From Thermoplasmatota archaeon (GTDB lineage: Archaea > Thermoplasmatota > Thermoplasmata > GCA-020350865 > JAUVCJ01), in assembly GCA_030595765.1 (NCBI GenBank), contig JAUVCJ010000010.1:1-23203 (forward strand): DNA of 23,203 nt. The letters are read 5' to 3'. The translations under genes and the position numbers were made by a program. A model generated the notes under the pieces. The model saw only the letters and a list, made by a program, of their open reading frames with translations, did not search any database and was not told the DNA's origin. Positions 7,606-14,824 of this stretch are shown in pieces (the stretch's first letter is position 1; each line of letters opens with the position of its first letter).

Positions 7606-8580
7606 CTAATCCAGCACTTGCCTCTCAAGTATAAGCTCTAAAATAGTCTTCGGCTCGTCTGCTTTCTCAAGCTCCTTTCTGGATATGACTGGAGTACCCT
7701 CCAGACTTTCCTTTTCCGATCTTTCTATGAATATGACAGAGGGTCTCTCAACTATTGCTGAGATGGCAGCGGCGATCTTTGCCTTCCTGCGCACACCGCG
7801 TTCCTGCACGCTGATCCCGGTAAGCAGCACCTCGTCCTGGGCGCTAAGCGCATCGAAGGGGCATCTGGTCGTAGGTGTGACCCGGTATCCAAGGGAGGCT
7901 AGCCTGGTGAATACAGCCCTGTGAAAGCCTTCAGTGTTTGCAAAATCATCACTGACCTCCTCTACCTCGACAACCACCGAGGTTGGGTCCACCTCATGGA
8001 TTATGGGCTGGTCAAGAAACTCTTCAAGCCTAACAGCGGCATCGATCACTGCGCCCATGCCTTCCTCGTACATCTGGATGGTTCGTCTCGACACTCCAGC
8101 GATCTCAGCCAGGGTTCCCAGGGATATCTTGCGATGATGCCTGATCTCCCTGAGCAGTTCTCCGTCCAGGTGCACGTATAATCCTCCTGGAGCAGCGTAT
8201 ATGAAAGGAGGTATCCCCTCAACGAAATAGTTCTGGAGGGTGCCAAATGATATGATAGGTATTCCATGCCTGTAATAGACGATGTCGTCCTCGAGCCCAC
8301 CAGTCCCACCATGGGAGCCGATTATTATTGGAGCCGCACCCAAGCCGTTCGCCAGTATCTTAAGCTCTCTTGAATTGCCTTTGCTAAAGGAGTCTACATT
8401 CAAAAATACCTTGCAGACCAGCAATTTTTCGTCCCTTCGTGCAAGAAAATCGAAAGCTCCGCACCTGACCTGAGTTGGGTCTGATACAAAGAAACCGACC
8501 TTCGACAGGACATCACAGACCTGCGTCAGGAGATCTTCCCGCCGCATGAGCTTCAATACGACAGGCCTTCTATATATCAT
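7606..8580 (-). CDS. Archaeal putative HTH-type transcriptional regulator (MJ1164/COG1395-like)
   Basis: 324 aa. The N-terminal domain reads FDFLARRDEKLLVCKV...LGAAPIIIG. The central Cro/C1-type HTH reads LREIRHHRKISLGTLAEIAGVSRRTIQMYEEG. A C-terminal domain follows. The start is an ATG at 8580. Confidence 0.8.
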   Translation of the reverse strand: MIYRRPVVLKLMRREDLLTQVCDVLSKVGFFVSDPTQVRCGAFDFLARRDEKLLVCKVFLNVDSFSKGNSRELKILANGLGAAPIIIGSHGGTGGLEDDIVYYRHGIPIISFGTLQNYFVEGIPPFIYAAPGGLYVHLDGELLREIRHHRKISLGTLAEIAGVSRRTIQMYEEGMGAVIDAAVRLEEFLDQPIIHEVDPTSVVVEVEEVSDDFANTEGFHRAVFTRLASLGYRVTPTTRCPFDALSAQDEVLLTGISVQERGVRRKAKIAAAISAIVERPSVIFIERSEKESLEGTPVISRKELEKADEPKTILELILERQVLD

Positions 8581-8685
8581 TTCCTATGATTTTTCTTTCC
8601 CTGGGTGCCTTATTGACAAAACAGTGGCCTACCCTTCCTAAAAAGGCGGCGCCAGAAAATATGGTTGTTGCTCGAGAGAAAGATG

Positions 8686-8769
8686 ACTGATGGAATGACT
8701 GATGGAATGACTGATGAAAAGGCTGATGAAAAGGCTGATGAAAAGACTGATGAATAGGCTGATGAAAAG
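8686..8769. repeat. Intergenic tandem repeat, 12 nt x7 (RCTGATGRAWWG)
   Basis: Units are actgatggaatg x2, actgatgaaaag, gctgatgaaaag x2, actgatgaatag and gctgatgaaaag. The array sits between the divergent HTH regulator gene (ATG 8580) and the zinc-ribbon membrane protein gene (ATG 8807). Confidence 0.9.
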
Positions 8770-8775
8770 AAACGG

Positions 8776-8783
8776 TTTTTAAT
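8776..8783 (+). promoter_or_regulatory. TATA-like box
   Basis: TTTTTAAT is centred ~27 nt upstream of ATG 8807 (leaderless geometry). It lies directly after the 12-nt repeat array. Confidence 0.35.
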
Positions 8784-8806
8784 GGTAGTATGCATATTGG
8801 TTCTCC

Positions 8807-10030
8807 ATGGCTTCCGATGGAGAGGATTATGCCAGGACATTGATATGCACCGGCTGTAATCGGAATTTTAAATCTATACTCCCTCATTCGCCTGTAGCCA
8901 ATAATTTGAATGTTCTATGCCCACATTGCAGCACCCAGAACATCATCCCATATGGGGCGGTGCTTCCTTCCCTCATGTATAACCCCTCCTCCTCTAACAA
9001 TTCTTCCATCGCGCAATCACCTTCTCAGAATTCTCCTAGCCAGCAATCGTTCTCAGGGAGTCCTTCCAGTGTGCAACCACCTCCTCAAAATCCCCCTGGT
9101 ATACAATCGTTCTCAGAGAGCTCAGGTAGCCCAGGTAGCTCTTCCAACGCACCTCCCCCTCTCCAGAGCCCCCAAGGTGTTCAGTCGTACCCCTGGAACC
9201 CCTTCAATGTCCACTCGGCTCCAACAGCACCTTCAAACACACAATCCTTTTCCTGGGAATACAATCCAAATCTCTTCAGGCATATGCCTGGGCCGATCCG
9301 TCAGGCGCCTCGTTCCAAGCTTCTTGTTGATGTTACAACGATCTCTATGCTAGCGCTTGCCATCATTCTCATTCTAACTTCCATCACGATGATGATGATG
9401 CCAGTGCTCCCACCTCAGAACGACTCACCACTGCTTCTAAGTGGTTATGTAAGTGATTCTCATTTTGAACCAATGGTGGGTATCCGGGTAAGCATAGATG
9501 GCACTGGCCAGATGGCAACGACAGACTCGGATGGCTATTATGAGATAGTTAACGTGGCTCCAGGGGTAAAAGACATTACGTTCTCGAAGAACTGGATAGA
9601 AAAGGAAACTCACACAGTATTCCTTATTGATAGGACCGAGGAGCTAGCCACCAATTTCACCACCCTTGACGTTTCCATGAGGGCCGAACCTCCAACCGAG
9701 CCCATCAACGACCTGTGGGTCTTTTACTCCCTTGGATTTTTTGGGCTCATTCTCTCGGCATTTCCCTTTGCCGGGGCAATATTATCACGAAAAGGCCATT
9801 TCTACTCGGTAATGGTGGTAAGCTCCCTGGTTGGCTTGGGTTTTACAATACCAGTAGGTAGGGTATTGGGGCTGTTCCACCCAGGGTTGATATGCCTGGC
9901 CATGTTGGCGCCAATGGTCCTAGTCCTGGTGTTCATCCAGGCCAGATTCTTCTCCGATGTTCTGCCCGATAGCCTGCTCCCTCTTTCTGAGGACGACAAC
10001 GGCGATACCGATGGCAATGACGACCAGTAA
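8807..10030 (+). CDS. Membrane protein with an N-terminal zinc ribbon, a P/S/Q-rich linker, a carboxypeptidase-regulatory-like beta-sandwich and C-terminal TM helices
   Basis: The zinc ribbon reads CTGCNRNF...CPHCSTQN. Roughly 130 aa of S/P/Q low complexity follow. A TM helix reads MLALAIILILTSITMMMM. The beta-sandwich region reads GYVSDSHFEPMVGIRVSIDGTGQMATTDSDGYYEIVNVAPGVKDITFS. Three predicted TM segments and an acidic tail complete the protein. Confidence 0.65.
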   Translation: MASDGEDYARTLICTGCNRNFKSILPHSPVANNLNVLCPHCSTQNIIPYGAVLPSLMYNPSSSNNSSIAQSPSQNSPSQQSFSGSPSSVQPPPQNPPGIQSFSESSGSPGSSSNAPPPLQSPQGVQSYPWNPFNVHSAPTAPSNTQSFSWEYNPNLFRHMPGPIRQAPRSKLLVDVTTISMLALAIILILTSITMMMMPVLPPQNDSPLLLSGYVSDSHFEPMVGIRVSIDGTGQMATTDSDGYYEIVNVAPGVKDITFSKNWIEKETHTVFLIDRTEELATNFTTLDVSMRAEPPTEPINDLWVFYSLGFFGLILSAFPFAGAILSRKGHFYSVMVVSSLVGLGFTIPVGRVLGLFHPGLICLAMLAPMVLVLVFIQARFFSDVLPDSLLPLSEDDNGDTDGNDDQ

Positions 10031-12277
10031 TATTACAAGCCACCAGGGGAACCCTTCCGGCTCCTGCTGTACTGGTGCAATTTCTTTGGGGGATATTCCT
10101 CCTAGGTCAAATATCGGTTGTTCCATCCCTATCTCGCCACCTATGTAGGCTGGGCTTGGTGGGGCAAAGTAGAGGGCCGAAAGGTCTGATTTGTAGCGAG
10201 GCATTGAGATAGTGAGATTCGTATCAGGGGTGATACCCAATGTCATTTGGGCGCTGACCATGTAGCTTGCAAAGGCTTCTGGATAGTCTTGAACCCCTTT
10301 ATCCTCCCTGTTTATGATGTTAATAGGGCTGGCACTCGCCAGTAGCCCATTGATATTGAATTGCCAGACCTGGTCTGCCATTTCTCCAGACACGTCTATG
10401 GTATTCTCCACGTTCCCGCTCCTGTCCATGGTTGGGCCTGACCAGTCAACCGAGCCATCGCCGTTGTAGTCTATCGACAGATAAAGGCTGGTAACCTGCA
10501 ATGTAGCAGGTCCAATGGCGCTGTACTGAAGCGCCAGGTCCACTGTTGTTGTCATTGGAGGTATGTAGAGGTAATGTGGGAACGATTTGAACACTTCCCT
10601 GTCCCTGCTAGGTGTTGAATCAACGTTCATGTTCGAGACCTGCCCCTTCCACTCGGCCACAAGAGTGTCGGTCTCTGCGGTTACGGTCCTATTGGAGATG
10701 ATGTCCTTGTAATACTCCAGAGCATCCCAGACAGTGGCGCTCTTGTCATCTCGCCTCAGCTCTTCCAGGGTGAGTGCTAGTGCAACAGCGTCCTGCACAT
10801 TGACCATTCCATATCCTTGGGCGTAATCATTGATGATGCCAGCCATTCCGCCAGAGCCGTTGGGCGGTACCCCGTTCTCAGGAGCCACGGTGATATACCT
10901 GCTTGCAAGCTTCATTATCAATTCAGCTTCATGTATGCGGGTCTCGGAGTTGTTCCAGTATCCAACATCATCACCTTGATAATCATCATGAACAGAACTC
11001 ACCCTCATGCTGGGTGCAGCTTCCCAGAGAAGTGCTGCGATACCTGCTATATGTGGTGTTGCCATTGAAGTGCCGGATATTGCCATGTAATAGGCTTCTT
11101 CCTCGAACTCCACAATAATATCATTGTAAGTTGTCATGGCGGTTATGTAGGTTCCTCTGGCCTGGGTAGATTGGATAGCCACTCCAGGGGCTCCAATGTC
11201 AGGCCATGTGAAGTTATCATCTGCAATGCCACGGGAGCTGAATACCGCAATACCGGAACCATCACGCTCGATGGCGGCAATTGACAGGGCAGCGGGTTCC
11301 AATGAATAGGGATTGGTGGTGACAATGCTGCCATCATGGTTCTTGGAGCCATCGTTCCCGGCAGCAAATACCACAACAACGTTGTTCTCGTAAGTTAGCG
11401 CCCTAATTACCTGCATGACCGCATCCTCGGAGTAGTACTCTCCAGGACTTCCCCATGAGTTGGAGGCCACCCTGATGTTGTAGGGGTTGGCACCGGGCTT
11501 GCTGTGCTCGTATATCCATTCCAGCGCACCTAGGGCGTTGAGGATCACAACTGCCTCACCTGTGCTTATGCCGATCAGGTTCGCACCAGGTGCCACACCT
11601 TTTCTGGCACCGCTTGAAGCCTCTCCATTACCAGCGACGGTGCCTGCGCAATGGGTGCCGTGGCCGCTGGAGGTATCAGTGTTTGCATCCTCGGTGTAAA
11701 TAAAATCGGTATTTGACTTGAGATTTACAATGACCTTCTCCTTGTATGGCAGATCAGGGTGCCCGGCATCAACGCCGGTGTCTACCACTACGACCGTGAC
11801 AGGGACCCTTTTACCGTTGACCAGCATTGCGCTACCGTCAATCGGGGATGATTCTCGCCCTTCAGGGCTGAGTATAGGTGCGTTCCAAGTAGTGGTGGCA
11901 TTGATAGTGGCTGTGGATTCGTCCATTGCCTGGTATAAAAGCCTGTTTACCTCCATCCAGTGTACCCGGTGATATTGGCTCAAAAGCTGTACTGAGCGCG
12001 CTGGCCCAGTTGCGTATACAGCCTGGCTTCCAGTGAAAAAGTGCTGAATTTCCAGGCCAGCTGCGTTGATGGCCCTAACATCCTGGTCCTGATATCCACC
12101 CTCGAACTGAACCAGCAACTCGATCTCGTCGAAATCCTGCGATCTGGCCAATTCCGCTCTGAGATAGGGGTTCATTACACCTGTGTTCATCTCTTCTGGG
12201 CTGGATATGTCTCCAAGAACTGGGGATACCATCAGCAGGACTGCAATGAATAGTGCTAGAGTTACCTTTACGTTCAT
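9920..12277 (-). CDS. Secreted, C-terminally membrane-anchored subtilisin-like serine protease (S8), 785 aa
   Basis: Triad motifs are VVVVDTGVDAGHPDL (Asp), GHGTHCAGTVAG (His), AAGNDG (oxyanion Asn) and SGTSMATPHIAGIAALL (Ser). A signal peptide MNVKVTLALFIAVLLMVSPVLG starts at ATG 12277; the track start at 12304 is a TTG. The C-terminal TM is WWLVILLVVIAIGIAVVVL-RKR. Confidence 0.9.
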   Translation of the reverse strand: MNVKVTLALFIAVLLMVSPVLGDISSPEEMNTGVMNPYLRAELARSQDFDEIELLVQFEGGYQDQDVRAINAAGLEIQHFFTGSQAVYATGPARSVQLLSQYHRVHWMEVNRLLYQAMDESTATINATTTWNAPILSPEGRESSPIDGSAMLVNGKRVPVTVVVVDTGVDAGHPDLPYKEKVIVNLKSNTDFIYTEDANTDTSSGHGTHCAGTVAGNGEASSGARKGVAPGANLIGISTGEAVVILNALGALEWIYEHSKPGANPYNIRVASNSWGSPGEYYSEDAVMQVIRALTYENNVVVVFAAGNDGSKNHDGSIVTTNPYSLEPAALSIAAIERDGSGIAVFSSRGIADDNFTWPDIGAPGVAIQSTQARGTYITAMTTYNDIIVEFEEEAYYMAISGTSMATPHIAGIAALLWEAAPSMRVSSVHDDYQGDDVGYWNNSETRIHEAELIMKLASRYITVAPENGVPPNGSGGMAGIINDYAQGYGMVNVQDAVALALTLEELRRDDKSATVWDALEYYKDIISNRTVTAETDTLVAEWKGQVSNMNVDSTPSRDREVFKSFPHYLYIPPMTTTVDLALQYSAIGPATLQVTSLYLSIDYNGDGSVDWSGPTMDRSGNVENTIDVSGEMADQVWQFNINGLLASASPINIINREDKGVQDYPEAFASYMVSAQMTLGITPDTNLTISMPRYKSDLSALYFAPPSPAYIGGEIGMEQPIFDLGGISPKEIAPVQQEPEGFPWWLVILLVVIAIGIAVVVLRKREQAIGQNIGEESGLDEHQD

Positions 12278-12307
12278 TCGCTCACCAATGGGAGCATTTA
12301 TCAAAGC

Positions 12308-12317
12308 TATTTAAAAA
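12308..12317 (-). promoter_or_regulatory. TATA-like box for the subtilase gene
   Basis: The minus strand reads TTTTTAAATA ~30 nt upstream of ATG 12277. It lies downstream of the TTG at 12304, which argues against that start. Confidence 0.35.
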
Positions 12318-12379
12318 CTCTCCGGTAAAACTGTTACACCTTAATTACGGCCAGTGATATTTCAACCGATGTCGCAACC

Positions 12380-12387
12380 CTTATATC
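12380..12387 (+). promoter_or_regulatory. TATA-like box
   Basis: CTTATATC is centred ~26 nt upstream of ATG 12410 (leaderless geometry). Confidence 0.4.
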
Positions 12388-12409
12388 GAACCGTGTCGGT
12401 TCCATATTC

Positions 12410-13747
12410 ATGGCAGATATGGACATCGCCGGCATAATAATCATCTGTCTAGTAGCAGCACTCGTGGCCTTCGGGCTGGCCATGATACTTATAAAAAAAC
12501 TCGAGAAGAGGCCAGACCGCCTCAGGCATATGCTTTCCAAAGGGCACATCGAGGACGAGGCCTCCAATGCCATAACTTCCACCATTGCAATAATCAACAA
12601 TATGTCCTCCAGGGGAATGGAAGTTGCAGAGGCCAGAAGCCTGATGGATAGGGCCCAAAATGCACTGGAAGCAAAGCAATATGCCAAGGCGATAACTTGG
12701 GCAGACCAGGCCAGAGCCGCACTTGCACGTTCCAAAGGCAGGGCAGGGCCAGCTCCTTCACAGAGGAACCAACCCCATTTTAGCCCTGCAGGTAACACAA
12801 AATCCAACGCCCAACCTCTATCCCAATCTCAAATCCATGAAAGGCTAGAGATAGAAGCTGTTGAACCTCAGCTAGAGGAAAGCCAGCTAGAGGGACGCCA
12901 GGCAGAGGAGACATATCTGGAGCCGGAAATTACAAGACCCATAATCTTACCAGAGGAGAAGATGAACATGAGCCAGAAGAGAGAACAAGAGCTACCTATA
13001 GACCCTAATGCCCATTTAGAGCTGGCAACCGAAGATGACATCATTGCCCAAGCGCAAAAGGACGACATGCCAGCAAAGTTCATGATATCCCAGGCACGCT
13101 CAAAGATGCATCAGGCGCGCTCAGGCGGGTACGACGTGTCAGAACCACAGCATCTATTGGAAGAGGCTCAAGTTGCACTGGATAACCAAAATTTCGGACA
13201 TGCTCTTCACCTGGCAGTCCAATCCAAAAAAAGGTCTGAGGAGCTGATGAATGCTCCAATGCAGGATTATATCAGCCAGGAAGGGCCTGAGGATGAGGTG
13301 ACCCATCAGGTAGCCATTCCTGAGGCCAACACTCCAGATCCAGCCAAGGTGCGCTGCTCCAAGTGTGGATGGTTCAAGGAGCCCTACATTGAGATGAAAA
13401 TAGATAATCAGCTAGAAAGCATCTGCGAGGCTTGCTACAGGGAGGAGATCGGTCAGCCAGCAGACGAAGCTAGCTCAGAGAAAGAGGACGACGCTAGCCC
13501 CCAGAAGAATGGCGAGGACACAGGCGATGACCAGCAGAACATCGATAACCAGCATGTTTATGACCAGCAGGCAAACCTCTCTAGCATGATAGAATGCTCC
13601 AGCTGCAGTGAGCCAATGGACCCTGAAGAGGATGCGTTCTGTGGAAAGTGCGGCACCCCTATTCCGGCTGAACGACTTTGTGAGGAATGCAACGCAGCAG
13701 TAGCCCAAGACGATGAGTTCTGCCGCAAATGTGGGAATAAACTCTAG
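12410..13747 (+). CDS. N-terminally membrane-anchored protein with two helical repeats and C-terminal zinc ribbons
   Basis: The TM helix reads IAGIIIICLVAALVAFGLAMILI. A helical motif is duplicated (MEVAEARSLMDRAQNALEAKQYAKAI / YDVSEPQHLLEEAQVALDNQNFGHAL). The cysteine clusters are CSKCG...CEAC, then CSSC...CGKCG...CEEC...CRKCG (double-zinc-ribbon pattern). Confidence 0.65.
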   Translation: MADMDIAGIIIICLVAALVAFGLAMILIKKLEKRPDRLRHMLSKGHIEDEASNAITSTIAIINNMSSRGMEVAEARSLMDRAQNALEAKQYAKAITWADQARAALARSKGRAGPAPSQRNQPHFSPAGNTKSNAQPLSQSQIHERLEIEAVEPQLEESQLEGRQAEETYLEPEITRPIILPEEKMNMSQKREQELPIDPNAHLELATEDDIIAQAQKDDMPAKFMISQARSKMHQARSGGYDVSEPQHLLEEAQVALDNQNFGHALHLAVQSKKRSEELMNAPMQDYISQEGPEDEVTHQVAIPEANTPDPAKVRCSKCGWFKEPYIEMKIDNQLESICEACYREEIGQPADEASSEKEDDASPQKNGEDTGDDQQNIDNQHVYDQQANLSSMIECSSCSEPMDPEEDAFCGKCGTPIPAERLCEECNAAVAQDDEFCRKCGNKL

Positions 13748-13812
13748 TGGCGGAACTTTTGATGAATGTAGGAATAATATTCTGGAGTGAGCTCTAGGGC
13801 AAATATTGGGCA

Positions 13813-14820
13813 CTAGCGCCTTGCCCTGTGCAGGGATAATTTTCTTTTTGGAGGGATGAAGCTCTTCCTGGGTAATGGGTCGTTAGGCCCTTTCATTGTT
13901 CGAGCCTTCCCCATGAATATGCAGACGCTCTCAACATCAGACCAGAGGTAGCTGCTCAGGCGCTTGTAATCCACCGAGTCCCAAAGCAGGTAGGCCAGGT
14001 CATCTGCCAATTCATTGCGCAAAGAGCAAAGGACCTCGTTGGGGTCTTCCTGCACCGTGAATATCTTTGGGGATATGCGAATGTCTAGTTCGGCATAGAA
14101 TCCATCCTGGGTCGGCTTGAGCATGACCGTACTATCTCCGCGTTTTCCACTGCCGCTATCTAGACCCTGGACAGACACTTTTCCGTTGCTGGATATGGTG
14201 GCCTTTTCTGGAACTAGCATGGTCTCTAAAAGGTTCAATATGAATTGCTCAACTTCCCTTATGGAGCTGGTAAGTTCAGTTCCCAAGAACGTGCTGGAGG
14301 CCTGAATGTGGAGGGAGGCGCTGAAGGCCTTTAACCCACTAATTTCCGGAGAGCCATTGATGATCTTGGGCTCAACAGATACTACTTTTCCTGCTTCCAT
14401 TGCGAAACAGGATAGGGCCACCCCGTCGGTCACCACCGAAAGCGTGTTCTTTTTGCCACCTCTTGCAATGAGCGTCTCATCATCTGTGTGGCTGTGGAAT
14501 ATCGAATGAACATCTGAAAGGTCGCGAAATTCGGCGTGGTAGTCATCCCTGAACGGATGGGAGTGATAGAGTCCGACTATGCCGGCGTTTCTGGGGTAAC
14601 CAGTTGCAATTCTAAATTCCTCCATGGGGTCAGCGTGTGCACCCACTCTGGATTGGTGCAGGTACTTTCTGCATTGTACAGCATCCATGACAAATATCTC
14701 ATTCCTGAACCTGTAACCGGTCAGCCAGCCCAACACCTCATTGCCGCTGGACTTAGCCTCTTCCAGTGCATGCCCCAGCAAACCTTGCACTGAGGACTCT
14801 GTCATGGTAACATCTACCAT
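13813..14820 (-). CDS. JAMM/MPN+ metalloprotease-domain protein (335 aa) with a long uncharacterised C-terminal extension
   Basis: The motif elements are GNEVLGWLTG (Glu), GLYHSHPF (HxH) and FHSHTDDE (SxxD). ATG 14820 (MVDVTMTESS) lies 4 nt after the E1 stop. The track start at 14931 would overlap E1 by 107 nt. Confidence 0.75.
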   Translation of the reverse strand: MVDVTMTESSVQGLLGHALEEAKSSGNEVLGWLTGYRFRNEIFVMDAVQCRKYLHQSRVGAHADPMEEFRIATGYPRNAGIVGLYHSHPFRDDYHAEFRDLSDVHSIFHSHTDDETLIARGGKKNTLSVVTDGVALSCFAMEAGKVVSVEPKIINGSPEISGLKAFSASLHIQASSTFLGTELTSSIREVEQFILNLLETMLVPEKATISSNGKVSVQGLDSGSGKRGDSTVMLKPTQDGFYAELDIRISPKIFTVQEDPNEVLCSLRNELADDLAYLLWDSVDYKRLSSYLWSDVESVCIFMGKARTMKGPNDPLPRKSFIPPKRKLSLHRARR

Positions 14821-14824
14821 TTGC

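Noticed and set aside
7107-7641. I/F-rich plus-strand ORFs (108 aa and 105 aa) and an 82-aa minus alternative frame within the TraB-like gene.
   Set aside because: These are shadow frames of the poly-acidic (GAT/GAA-rich) insert.
8686-8769. The CTGATGA in every 12-nt unit resembles C/D-box sRNA boxes (UGAUGA/CUGA) and the hammerhead CUGAUGA core.
   Set aside because: The boxes are only 5 nt apart, which leaves no room for ~12-nt guide regions. No stem II/GAAA arrangement or flanking helices for a hammerhead are present.
8570-8887. A 105-aa ORF with HQPF/HQSF repeats (and the 76-aa alternative frame at 8610-8840).
   Set aside because: It is a translation artefact of the 12-nt tandem repeat. 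It spans the divergent promoter region and overlaps the starts of both flanking genes.
8910-9353. A 147-aa alternative-frame ORF inside the P/S/Q-rich linker of the 8807 gene.
   Set aside because: The low-complexity region is open in more than one frame. The main frame is continuous with the zinc-ribbon and TM domains.
12334-12807. A 157-aa minus-strand ORF overlapping the start of the 12410 gene.
   Set aside because: The plus-strand ORF has a TATA box at the right distance, an N-terminal TM helix and clear zinc-ribbon motifs. The minus ORF has no recognisable features.
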